This document shows positions 1 through 13,281 of a stretch of DNA of 64,000 nucleotides, piece after piece (within the stretch, counting starts at the first letter, position 1; every line of letters begins with the position of its first letter). Made by a program: the position numbers and the translations under genes. Source of the stretch: the human T2T-CHM13v2.0 reference genome, Homo sapiens; assembly GCF_009914755.1 (NCBI RefSeq), contig NC_060932.1; one strand, 5' to 3'. The notes below the pieces were generated by a model that had not been told where the DNA came from, did no database searches, and saw only the letters and a list, made by a program, of their open reading frames with translations.

Positions 1-29
1 TCAAGTACAGTGTGTGATGTGACGTGGGT

Positions 30-400
30 GTGAAGTACAGGTGCTCTGAGAACACGTAGACCATAAGATCTAGTTAGCTCTCAGGTCAAAGAATGTCTGG
101 CCAAGAAAAAGATATTTAGGCTGAGCCCTAAAGGATCAGTAGAAGTTAGTCAAGATAAGAGAGTTCTGAAAAGAAGAAACACTTACACGAAAGCCCTGCA
201 GCCAAATTATGTGATCTGTTCAAAGGACAAGGAAGAACAATTGGATGCTGTTGCTGGAATGCACAAAAGAGGGAGTGATGGCCTAGATGGGTTTGGTGAC
301 TGTGAGAATAAAAAGCGTTCATCTGTGGAAGCAACAATGATATGTGGGCATTGCTATCGTGCAGTGGGTAATGCAGTGGACAAGGAAAACCCTTGGTGTT
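30..400 (-). mobile_element. Degenerate L2 LINE fragment
   Basis: Segments such as ctgagccctaaaggatcagtagaagttagtcaag resemble antisense L2 3' region; recalled similarity only, boundaries approximate. Confidence 0.4.
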
Positions 401-531
401 GTCTAGGTCATGGAAGTCTAGTTCTGTATGTCTTAGTCCCAGCCATTCTCCTTGACGCATGCAATGTTCCCTACAACGCCTATGTTAAGGTTTGTTGTTT
501 TCATGTTGAGTTCACAAGGTACTCAGGCTAG

Positions 532-851
<320 letters not shown>

Positions 852-3800
852 TAGTATTCTTCTTTATACCCCTAGTACTTTGCTCAGTGCCCTTCCTGTA
901 AATAACTCTAAGGTAATGTTTATTAAAGTGAAATTATTTTATCAGAATTCCTGTTCTATCAGGTGTTACAGAAAAAGTTAATTGGGATTAAATTATTCAT
1001 TTAAAGTCACACACCAAAACAGAAATATTCCTCATTTTCACTTCTGAGATTCTCTCCAAGGTTCAAACAGGATCTATCTGTCTACTTCAGGGAAGGTTAA
1101 AGGTTCAACTTCATCCTCTCAGGGACTATCTTTCCAGAAACCCTCATCTCCCTTCTCCCCAGCAAAATCAAAATCCCTTTAGGATAAGTAATTTAAAAGT
1201 TATGAATGCCCGAAGTCTCAGTTGCCTCTGTAAAGATGGGAAGGAGAAAATATTCTCCTCATCACTGTGGCTAAAGCAAACTGTCATTCATTGCTGACAA
1301 AAGAGCCAGGGAAAGCTATTGTTGAGATCAGCCTCTTCCTCCACTATTGCTGACTGCTTCATAGGAAATGATCAGTGAACTTTATGTCCTTTACAGCCAA
1401 CTCATTTTCAAAAGACATGCAAGTGCACAGCCAAGGTATCACTATCATTTCGGAGTTTGTGGTTTTTTTGTTTGTTTGCTTGCTTTTAATTCAATTATTT
1501 CTTAGAGAGAAAAAAAAAAAGGTCTGGAGAAATATAAAGGGAAAGAAACACCCAGTAGAAATATTTAACTGTAATTTCTGATACTAGATAACATCTCTGG
1601 GCTGCCTTCTTCTGTGCTTGATTTTACAAGTGTGAAATTGAATGCATTCACTCTGCCATCCTCAGAGGCCATCAGCAGTTTCACCCTGCTGGCTGCACAG
1701 CGCCACGTGTCCAGAACAGAAAGGACAAGACACTGGTATGGTCCACCCCACGATGCTCTCACTGTGATGATGCAATGGTTTTCTTTTTTCTTTTCTTTTC
1801 TTTTTTTTCAGGCTGGGTATAGCTATTTTTTTTTACCATTTGTTTTTCTACCTGCACATGTCTGACATCTAAAGAATAAAAACCCTGTTAACTTCTAAAA
1901 TTAACATTCTTTCTTGCTTTAGTTGTATTTCTTATCTCTTTTACAGTAGCAATCAAACTTTTTTGAATACAACCCAGAGTAGGAAACACACTTTACATTC
2001 TAACCCTATAAATAAACAATATATTTTCTGTACTTACACATATATAACTCTGACAAATAGTTCACAAAACAATACTTTACCATATAGTGAGATACTTTCA
2101 ATTTTCTTTTCTATTCCTTTTCCTTTTTTTGTTCTCTTTCTCTTTTGTCTTTGCTTCTTTCTTTCCATTCTTTTTTTGATTTTATTGTGTGGCAGGACCA
2201 ACTAATAGGTAACTCTTGTCAGTTTGAGAAACACTGCCTTATGCCACATTAGCAAATATTATTCACAATGTGAATAATATTTACATTAGCAAATATTATT
2301 CCTGGATATCCATTTTATAGCTGAAACTGATTATCTATTCAATAAAGAAAATGAACCTTGGCCTCATTTTGGGCTGTTGCCTAATGACTGATAGAATACA
2401 ATTCTGTGGCCAAGAGACTAACACAGTTTTTTAGACCAGCCAAGAGTATGGGGCATAAAACAGGCAAAAGTGTTTATACAAAATGCTAGTTAGGTCACAC
2501 TTGGACTAGTGTGTATAATTCTGGTTAAATTACTTCAAGAAAAAGATAATGAAACTGGAGTGATTCCTGGGAAGACAAAATGACTGGGTTGAAGTCAGCT
2601 TAGCTACCAGTCAAAGGAGAAGTGTGGGAAGAGAGGCTTCCCAGGAAAGACTTCAGTTCCCAACCCACCTGCCCTATGGCATCATCACATTTTGTCTCTG
2701 CGTCCAACAGGGAGTCTGGGGTTCTTTTAATTGGACTTTTTTAGATTAATATCAAAGTGTTTGTTTGGAAATCAGTGAGTTTTCTTTATTTTTGGATTGA
2801 AACAGCATGAAAGCATCTATGTCTTCCACTAGGTGTTTCTCTGAGCCTCAAGAAATGGCTTCTCAATATTGTCTAGAGAATGGTGCCCTCAGCATGTTGT
2901 GATAGTGTTATGAGTGAAACTGCCTCACGGAGAGGTTCATTTCATACTTTATTAATTAAACACCGTTAGATATCTTGGGATGAAGGCAAAGACAGATCTA
3001 TTCTTTAGACACGCAACTTGCCAGCCAAAAGCAATTTTAGAAATCCTGCAATCCTCCCTCATCATAACCCTTTCATCTTGTATGACTTGATCAAGGGTAC
3101 AGAAGAAATTAGGTCAATATTAGTACACAAGTTTAATTTTCCTGATTCCTAAATCAGTTGGTTTTAAAATTTTTTAACATTGTGTTCATTTCTTATTAAA
3201 CCACTACATCTTATCCCTTAAATGTGATCAGAGAATAATTTAAGGGGAATACTGCTTTAATTTAAGCTGTAGCTGGGGAGGGGAAACAAATCACTCCCCC
3301 TACCGAGAGTTTGTTTCCACTTCTTTGTCTTTTCCTATTTTTTAAATCCAATCTCTACAACCAAACACAAGCAAATGCAACACCCTGAGTGTCAGCAAGT
3401 CCCCATGACCACTGTCATGCACAGGCCAGCCGGGGTAAAGGAGGAAAAGATTATATCTGAGATCTCTTTGTCACCTACCATCAACAGAATAATTCTGGGC
3501 TTGAGCAAATATTTGTGTCAAGGTAATTGTCTGGAGAATTTATTAATTGCACTAGTTAATCAATAATTATCAGATCATACCCAGATGTTCTCTTCTTCTT
3601 TTTTTTCCCCACTGGTACACATAATATAGCAACAAATTTTCCATTTAATACTCCAATAGATTTGCCTTATCTTGTGTTTCACTGGGAATTTATTTAACCA
3701 AGACTTCACTGATATGAGCAGTTGTTTAAATTGAAAAATTGCAATGCTTTCCCCAACAACCTTGATACAAGTCTTATCTGTGTGTGGAAGTGACAAAAAC

Positions 3801-4477
3801 ATATCTTTTTGTTGAGACAGTGCTGGGATTAGCTAAGCGACATAAAGGTGTTATTTTATATCTAGGGCTAGAAATAAAGAAAAGTCTTTGTCCTTTCTTT
3901 GGGTTCACCTGGTTATCCTCACAAACCTGATGTGAGCCAATGACTCCGTCACCCCCTGGGGAACTGTCTCAGCAGCCTGAAGGGGGAGGTCATTGCATTT
4001 ACGTAGAAAAGGGTGTGGATTCTTGACATTTAGATTTACTAAGGGATGGGAGGATGGGATCTGGAGAATGTCTATCTAGCCTTCATAAGTATTAATTATT
4101 TGTTGAATCAGCTAAACATTTTTATAGGGACATCTCCAATGTACTAATAGACTCTAATAGTCTAAGAGACTCTTTCATGATGGCCATAGTTAAGCATCAA
4201 AATAATGAAGTTATATATTCAGAAGAGCTACTCCTGCTCAAACATACAGCCATTTTAAGCACTGAGATTATTATATGAAATAAATACACTTTAGACCCAA
4301 ACATAGCACATAGAAGGATATTTGTTCTTAAGCATGAAACAATTGTTTGAGTTTAAGGAAATACCTGACATGACATGGTGCATTGAGTTTCTTTTCATTT
4401 TCCTTTATAATTTTCTTTATTACATGTAAAGGTAGAAATGGCAGGGAACCATAGCATAGAAGGAAGGAAGAATAACT

Positions 4478-4560
4478 GTGTATGTGTGTGTGTATGTGTG
4501 TGTGTGTGCGTGTGCATGTGTGTGAGAGGAGAAAGGGTGAGAGATCAGAGAGAGTGAGTG
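4478..4560. repeat. Compound (TG)n/(GA)n microsatellite
   Basis: Interrupted TG run followed by GA-rich run, seen directly. Confidence 0.9.
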
Positions 4561-5004
4561 ATGGTATAGCTGGATATTAAGGGTATAAATGGCCAGATTA
4601 CTAGACCATAGGATGTCTAGAGTTAGATGAGAAATGTTCCTCAGAGAATCACAGCTGGTTTACAGGAGTGACACTTGCTGATATATGCACCAGAAGCTTA
4701 CCATTTCCAGATAAATCATTTCACAGCAATGATTCCCTAGGTGAGATAGCAAGAGCAGATTACTAGTATTAAATAAAAAAAAGAACCAGGAAAAGATCAT
4801 ATGATATATTTTAGGGTCTTACACAGTCTCTCAATTTTGTAAAGATACGAAATAAAAATAAGAAATAAAAATTGTTTCATCTCTCTGACTGAGGAAGAGG
4901 TGGGACCAAACACAGTTTGCTGTATTCTCATGCACGGTTCCTGGGCTGGCAATAACAAATTCATCATTATGAGGCACTTTAAGATATCTTAAATCTGTAT
5001 GCAA

Positions 5005-5005
<1 letters not shown>

Positions 5006-5049
<44 letters not shown>
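5006..5049. repeat. Perfect (CA)22 microsatellite
   Basis: Uninterrupted CA run counted from sequence. Confidence 0.97.
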
Positions 5050-5056
<7 letters not shown>

Positions 5057-5759
5057 GTTTTGTAGCACTCCTTTTCAGCAGGCAAATCATCCCCCAGGGG
5101 TTTGGCTCACTTATTTATTTCTACATACATAAATGAAATTTGTCTTTGCGAAAGAGAATGTAGTCACCGGCCTTTACAGGGAGTGAGAAGCAACACTGCA
5201 ACCCTCACTTCCTAATCATGCACTCCTCAGCCAGTCCTCAGCCACAAGACATTGGTAAAACATTAGCTGTCAGGGAATAAAATTTTTAAAAGTCAGGAAA
5301 GAGAACAACACTAGCTAACAATACCCAGCCCCTTTTCATGAAGCTAAGGAATCCAAGAAGCTAAGGCTCCTTGTGGTGGCAGAATAAAATGCTTCCGAGC
5401 TTCTGAACCCTACCTTTGCTAAATTTTCTTCAATTTGCCTGATAGGATTCAATGCATAGCCTGTCAGCATAACATTGTCTTTCTGATATCTGGAGACAAG
5501 TTTAAGCTCCTTTGAAGGGATCAGTATTGAAGAGGTAAGTCTTGACTCAGACTTACAGAATGAGGGCAAGAATGTTCCACACATTTCCCCAGGGCTCAGG
5601 ACTCAAGCAGATGCAGATATGACACTCTCAACTCTGGAGAAGCTCACAATCCTCATAACAGAGCAAACATTTTAGAGTGAAACAACCACATTAATCAAAC
5701 ATGTACCGTTTGTTCTACTTGTACTATCTTTAGTTCATGTAAGATTTTCTGTAGTTAAT

Positions 5760-5880
5760 ACGCTACCCATTTTGCAAATGGCTAAACTGAGGCTTAGAGA
5801 GGTTAATTTATTTTCTCAGGGTCACCTAGCTTGTGGATAATGACAGAGTCAGAATTGGGTCACTGGTCTAATTGATGCTC
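5760..5880 (-). mobile_element. MIR SINE fragment
   Basis: MIR core cccattttgcaaatggctaaactgaggcttagagaggtt...gtcacctagc. Confidence 0.75.
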
Positions 5881-7178
5881 AACCTTTGCCACAACTTCAC
5901 CAAGACTCTCAAGGGTCAAGCTTGAGAGAGGAGAGCTCTTTTCATCCAAAATCACTTGGAAATAGTTTTCATCTGATACTCATGTCCTGACTCAATATGA
6001 GAAAGTCTGCTGAGTGTTATGGGGGTATAAAAAACCACCCATACAAACACAGTATTATGGAGGAGAGAAAAACAGACACAAGTACAAAGACATTGTAATG
6101 AGTACATAGTAAATACATACATGCACAGAGAGGGACAATAAAGAAACAGGAAAGAAATAGATTAACTCTGCTTTGGATGATTAAAGACACTCATGAAGAA
6201 GGTGGAAGTTAGTTATGCTTTCAGGGACAACTGCACAGATACAGGAAATGAAAACATTTCAGCTTAAATGGAATAGTGAGATAAGCTCTGAGTGAAAGTG
6301 TAGGGCAAGGTCTGGGAGGTTCACGATTTAGCAGGATTCAAGAGCACCTAGGTGTTAAAGTAGACTTCAAAACACAAGTTAGGAAATTTAAGCATATATA
6401 AAGCGGATATGTGAAGTATTCTAAAGATGAAAGTGTAATTGTTTTGCAAATTATGAAGGTTACTCTGGTCCCAGCATGCAGAAAATGGAACTTAATGGAC
6501 TTTAGGCTCTGGGGGAAGTATGTAGAGTCTAATAGAAATAATAATAATAATATCTGGAAAAAAAAAACCTCTGGCTGAAACCGCTGAAATTTGAAAAGAG
6601 AGTCTGAGAGTCTTACTAATGTGCCTGACCCTACATACTAATAAATAGTGATCCCCAGATAGCACCAAGTCAATTAGCATTGCCTTCTGGGAACCCACTC
6701 CCTGCACTAAAAATGACTTACTTGTTTTCTGAGGAGTGAATTGAATGCATCTCCTCTAGAAAGTAAACAATAAACACTGTTTTCACCAACCAAGCTTTGG
6801 ATAAGCTTTAAGGGCAGTGAATTTAAGGCCGTGGACATCCTGACAAGTATCTGGAGAGTAGTTAAGTATGGAGCCTTATCTCTTACCTGCTAGCTGAGGT
6901 AAGCTTTGGGCTCATATCCTCTCACGAAAGTTGAGAATCTGGAAAAGACACATCTATGCACTTAAGCCCACTCTCTCTCTGAGATTGCCTAAATACACCT
7001 GGCAAAAAGGCCAAGATTCTTTTGACAAAACAGCTTTCATTTGCTACAGTCAAGTATCAACAAATTGTACATTGCCTTCAAATCTTATAAGTACTATTAT
7101 TTAGATATGAAAATATTTAAAGCAGACAAACCTAAACTCTATATACCATTATCTTTGTCGGTAATGCTCCCAAGAACT

Positions 7179-7410
7179 CAGAAGTAGATTTACTGTGAAG
7201 CTAATGAGGTTTAAGTTTCAGCATCCCTGATTTCTGGGCTCCTTCTGAGATTCTAGGAAGGATTCTAGAAACTTGTGAAGTATGGTATGTGTTGGCTTTT
7301 TGAGTTGTAATTTGTTATTTTTTCTCATCTATATAAACATTCGCATTTAAAACTGATTTTTAATTCTGTTTTATAAAGCAGGTCTCCCCAAATTCTATAA
7401 GTAGCCTCTG
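7179..7410. mobile_element. Non-autonomous hAT (Tip100-group, MER115/Zaphod-like) DNA transposon remnant
   Basis: Starts cagaagtagatttactgtgaagctaatgaggtttaagtttcag and ends taagtagcctctg (degenerate TIRs); family by recalled similarity. Confidence 0.5.
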
Positions 7411-7693
7411 CATAGCTTTCTACCTTGGGCCATATAACTTTATTATTCCTCAAGATACATTGGTTGAAAACCCCATATAAAACCTAACTTACTAAATAAA
7501 TTAACTCACTAAATATGATTATTGATTTTCAGTCACTTAAATATCAGGCATTGTATACAGTCATTAAATTGGCTCTGCAATAGTTGTTTTGCAGCCACTC
7601 ATGTTGTTAGTTGACGAAGGAGCCTGTTGTCTATTAAGATCAATCCTTGTTCCTTACAAAAATCTATGTAATATGTATAAAAGAGAAGTCATT

Positions 7694-7993
7694 GGCCAGG
7701 CGTAGCAGCTCATGCCTGTAATCCCAGCACTTTGGGAGGCTGAGGCAGGTGGATCACGAGGTCAGGAGTTCGAGACCAGCCTGACCAACATGGTGAGACC
7801 TCGTCTCTACTAAAAATACAAAAATTAGCTGGGCATGGTAGCATGCACCTGTAATCCCAGCTACTCAGGAGGCTGAGACAGGAGAATTACTTGAACATGG
7901 TAGGCAGAGGTTGCAGGGAGCCAAGATAGCACCATTGCACTCCAACCTGGGTGACAGAGTGAGACTCCATCTCAAAACAAAAAAAAAAAAAAA
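7694..7993 (+). mobile_element. Alu (AluS-like), full length
   Basis: ggccaggcgtagcagctcatgcc...poly(A); flanking agagaagtc repeated on both sides. Confidence 0.97.
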
Positions 7994-8366
7994 GAGAGAA
8001 GTCTTCATCTTTCAGCTCTCTATGGCAAATGGCACATATGCATTTTATACAAGAATGATTTCAAGGTATTAAGGAATAAGTTAAAGAATAAAAGTGTAGA
8101 ACAGATCTTCATTTTTTAAAATTTTATTTTTAATTTCTGTGGGTAAATAGTAGGTATATATATTTATGGGTTACCTGCAATGCACAATAATCTCCATTTT
8201 GAAATGCTAAAAATTGAAATTGTCCAAAATAACTTCTTTTGTATTATCATGGCTTTCTGTGAACAATAATAACTCAGTAACTAGGGATTATCTTGGCTCC
8301 AACAGTTTACCTGGCAACTAATCCATGTCCACAGAGTCAAAATAAGTGGAAAGGTCAAAAAACAGC

Positions 8367-8749
8367 TGTTAAAATAAATTTGGCCTTAGGATTCCTACAT
8401 ACTTCGAGTCCTTATGTAACAAACTACAACCTAACTTAGTATTTAAAATAAGTGAAAGCCTAATGTAAGAGTACACTTTTGTAATAAATATCTGAGTCAG
8501 CCAATTACAATAGCTGTGTTTTAGTTAATCACAGGCACCAATTGATCAGACCATGTTCAAATGAGGCAAACACCAAGCTGTAGCCCATCCAGCTGCTCCT
8601 GTATCTCACTTTTGTTTTCTGTCCATAAATATTGCTTGTCCACATTGTAGAGCAGAGCTCTCTGAACCTCTGTTGGTTCAATTCGTGAATCATTCTTTGC
8701 TCAATTACACCCTGTTAAATTCCATTTATTTAAAGTTTGTATTTTAACA
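8367..8749 (+). mobile_element. ERV1 solo LTR, MER57-like
   Basis: TGTTAAAA...TTTTAACA termini; 4-bp TSD cagc/cagt; motif ccatgttcaaatgaggcaaacaccaagctgtagcc typical of the MER57 group. Confidence 0.8.
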
Positions 8750-9724
8750 CAGTCATAACCTTGTATTTTTGTAGCTGGTTTTTACCCATGGTGATAAGTA
8801 GTATCATTAATTGGGGTCAACAGCAACATAACTATATGTGGAGCTTATTTTCCTTGTGTAGAATATCCATCTTAGAATAAACAACATAATGATCAATATG
8901 AGAATTGGTAAATATTTTATATGGAATGTTTAGTGAGCTAATAGCTGCTAATTAGGGAAAATAAAGAATTGCTCTCTTTATTAAAAAACTTATAAATTCC
9001 ACAATGGAGTCTGTCAAATCAGATCATGTACACGGAGTTGATAAAGGTAAATAAATTGGCACAGACAATGTCAGTCAACCATGAAGAGTGCTATTCGGAC
9101 AGGTCTAAAGGCAGGAAATCAACCCCATCTTATAAGTTTGTAAAATTTCCCTCCAATTATGCAAATCAATGAGTATCGTCAGCACTTAGACAGAAAGGGT
9201 CTCTGGCTTTACAAAGTTCAGGGCAGTTGACCTGCTTTATGAAGCTAGATGAAGCCAGCTCCTCAGTGCCCACTGGGGTCTGTACTTTTACATCTCTTCC
9301 ATTGCAGATGTGTGGCCAACCAAGCTCATCAGCTTTTCCCACATATCATTATTAAACCTGAGGCTTTGTGTTTTTGAAATATATAATAGAATTTAAGTAG
9401 AATAAAAATCCTAAAGGAATGCTTAGTGCATTGCAGTGTTGATATATTTGGTTTTATTTTTGTTACCCGCTAATCTTGTTAAACTTTTCTGTCTGTCTAG
9501 AGTGAGTCACCTGTTCACTGATGTACTCCAAGGATAAAACTGATTTTAGAGCACCAGTAGTCAGCTGCTAATGAGTAGGAGGAGAAGTCCTCAAATATCA
9601 GAAGGAAATTTTTATTTTAATAATATTCACTGCATTTTTTTCTAATTATAAAAATAGGAACTCTTCCTTTGAAAACTGATATAATTTTTTTTTACTGTAA
9701 TTGTCCATATTCCTGCTTTATGTT

Positions 9725-9823
9725 ACTTGAGATTCTGAATCAATAGATCTGAGGTGGGACCAAGACATTTGTGATTTTGATAAATTCTCCAGGTGATTCT
9801 GAGGTATACCAATTTTGAGAACC
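9725..9823. mobile_element. MER5-like hAT-Charlie fragment within old L1ME-like sequence
   Basis: gattctgaatcaatagatctgaggtggg...ctccaggtgattctga...ttttgagaacc. Confidence 0.7.
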
Positions 9824-10452
9824 GATTTTGAGTTTTATATGCTTTCTGTTATATTAACAAATTTTAACAAAATATTTTATAAGTATATTATTAATTCGTT
9901 AAAAACTCTTTGAAAGCATGATTTTCAATGGTCTCAGTTTCCCATCATAGGAATAGATCATAAAGCTTTTTATATTTTTTATTTATTATTATATATATTT
10001 TAATATGTAAGTTTATTTGAATTTTACTATTACAAACTATGTAGCACTAAACATTTCTCTATATAAACCTTTCTGCCCTTCTGATAAATTTCTTCTTAGA
10101 TTTCTAAAAGTAATATTACCAAGTCAAGAAAAAAATGCATTCTTTGTCTTTAAAGCATGTTGCTAAATTATTTCCTGGAAAAGTTTTAATAGTTTATACT
10201 AGCAGTTATAACATTGCTCTTCTGACCCCACTCCACGAGTTTTAAATGTTATAATTATTTTTGTGATTGCAAATTTGACAGCTGAATGCTGTTATCTCCT
10301 TGTATTCTCAATTTGCATGTATTTGAGTAAAAAGGTTACCATTTTTTTTTTCTGTTTATGGGCTCGTGATATTTTTTTTCTTAGTGAACTGTCTGCTCAT
10401 ATTCTTTTTCAAGGCAGAGTTAAAGGTCTAGATAACCACAGGTGGCCAAGAG

Positions 10453-10631
10453 ATTTATTTTACTTTATTTTATTTATTTATTTATGTATTTATGTATTTA
10501 TTTATTTATAGTGACAGAGTCTTGCTCACTCTATCACCCAGGCTTGAGTGCAGTGGCAGGATCATAACTCAATAAAGCCTCCAACTCCTGGAGTCAAGTG
10601 ATCCTCCTGCCTCAGCCTCCCAGAGTGTTAG
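10453..10631 (-). mobile_element. Alu monomer/truncated AluJ with (TTTA)n tail
   Basis: Antisense single Alu arm preceded by (TTTA)n. Confidence 0.85.
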
Positions 10632-10899
10632 ACACAGGAGAGTATTTCAGATGCTGAATTTTGGGATTCAAAGTGCTCAACCTGTAAGTGTGATTAAATG
10701 CAACCACCAACCTTAATCAGTGGCAGCAGCCACACAGCTGAATGAACATAGAAGGAAGCACACATCCATGTCAACTGGTTTCACTTCAAATTCACAGACT
10801 CTTTGTTCTGTCCAGCCATTCCACTATATTTCTAATCCAACAATTCACCCCTTTCCTAGGACCAATTATAACTTCCCTCTTTCTATAAGCATTTAAAAC

Positions 10900-11615
<716 letters not shown>

Positions 11616-12094
11616 CTGCCTTATGATTAAGCTGTGTTACCTAAGGTCAGCCCCTCTATTGTACACATTAGATTCCAATTCAAAACCACTTAATCTTCCT
11701 AACAACTGTTGCCCCTCTCTCTATTGAAATATCAAGTTTTCCTTCTCTTCTGAATCAATTCTATCATAAAAAAATAATGAAATATCTAACTTCTTTTAAA
11801 ATCCTTCCTGACTCAATACTTCTAGTAACAAACCAATTTATCTCTTTCTTTTTAAAGCAAATTTCTACATTTTCTCCTATTCTCTTCCAAATTTCTCTTG
11901 AACCAACTCTAATTAGGCTTTTATTTCTACCATTCCACCAAAACAGCCTTGCCAAGGCTAACAAAAACCTCCACGACGTGAAAAAAATAAAGGTCAATTT
12001 TCAATCATCAGCTTATGTAAATGACTAGGAGCTTTTGGGACAGCCGTTCACTCTTTGTTCTTTGAAACCATTTATTGACTTGGCTCTCAGGACA

Positions 12095-12925
12095 TGAACA
12101 GTAGGAGAATAGGCCACCCCAAAATATGCCACTTTGGACTATAGGTTATTTTGAGCTGAAGATAATTATCAAGCAGAAGACAAAAAACTCTTTACCCACC
12201 CTATCTTTACCAGGAATGATGGGAAGATGTTTTTTTCTTTTCTTTTTTAGAGAGAGTTTCGCTCTTGTTGCCTAGGCTGGAGTGCAATGGCGCGATCTTG
12301 GCTTGTTGCAACTTCTGCCTCCCGGGTTCCTGGGTTCAAGTGATTCTCCTGCCTCAGCCTCCAGAGAAGCTGGGATTACAGGCATTCACCACCACACCCG
12401 GCTAATTTTGTATTTTTAGTAGTGATGGTGTTTCTCCATATTGGTCAGGCTGGTCTCGAGCTCCTGACCTCAGGTGATCCACCCGCCTTGGCCTCCCAAA
12501 GTGTTGGGATTTCAGGCGTGAGCCACTGAGCCTGGCCGAAAGGATTCTTAATCAACAAAGACAACTCCAGAAGAAAGTACATAACATACCTTACCAACTA
12601 GCCTTCCTTTACCAATAATTTCACCATATATTTGTCTTTCCACAATTTGCCACCTCCAGAAGCTCAAAGTCCTCTTCCTCTTACTTATCACTTTGGCATA
12701 AAATTATTATTATTATTACTTTGCTAAGATGTCGTATAAGCTTAAGTTCTAATCCCTCCTTTGAATTACTCATCATAGAGTGCTTCCATATAGATGAGTG
12801 ATGCCCATGTTAATAAAAATCTGTGTTTTCTTCTCTTGTTAATTTGTCTTTTGTCAGTCTAACTGTCAGGGTCCCAGCCAAGAACCTAAGATAGATAGAG
12901 AAAAATATTTTTTCCCTCCACTACA
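12095..12925 (+). mobile_element. ERV1 solo LTR, MER34/MER39-like, interrupted by Alu
   Basis: TG start, gccaccccaaaatatgccactttgg...attttgagctgaag, AATAAA near 12812, ends ctaca. Confidence 0.75.
12230..12537 (-). mobile_element. Alu (AluSp/Sq-like)
   Basis: gagtttcgctcttgttgcc...gagtgcaatggcgcg; antisense full-length dimer. Confidence 0.96.
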
Positions 12926-13281
12926 ATTCTTATTCTTTTGGTTTTCCTCCAATCCTCACTGGTTCCTCCTCCCTATCTAATTTACTAGGCCCTTCTGTTC
13001 ATCACAACCCCGTATACTGGGGATACTCTAGTGCTCAGATTTTAGATTGCATCTCTCTTCATCTTTACCTTTGTATTAAGTGATCTCATTTGGTCTCTTG
13101 GCTTAAATACCATAAACAGGTTATTGAACCCCAAATTATTTCTCCAGTCCAGGTATGTCATTCAAACATAGAATTTATATTTACAGCTTCCTAAGGGAAC
13201 TTAGAATATGGAAAAAGCATCTGAGATTTATGGTTCGGATTCTTACGTATGCCAACTCACATACAGGCTCCTCCTTGCCAA

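Larger units (their letters stand above)
11620..13240 (+). mobile_element. L2 LINE fragments (split by an LTR at 12095-12925)
   Basis: L2-type text ttggctctcaggaca | attcttattcttttggttttcctcc joins across the LTR; taagtgatctcatttggtctcttggcttaaataccat. Confidence 0.7.

Noticed and set aside
146-531. Overlapping 104/106-aa ORFs at window start
   Set aside because: Overlap degenerate L2 sequence; no domain similarity or splice context.
3282-3318. Hairpin ggaaacaaa...tttgtttcc
   Set aside because: A 9-bp stem is expected by chance in 64 kb; too short and imperfect for a pre-miRNA.
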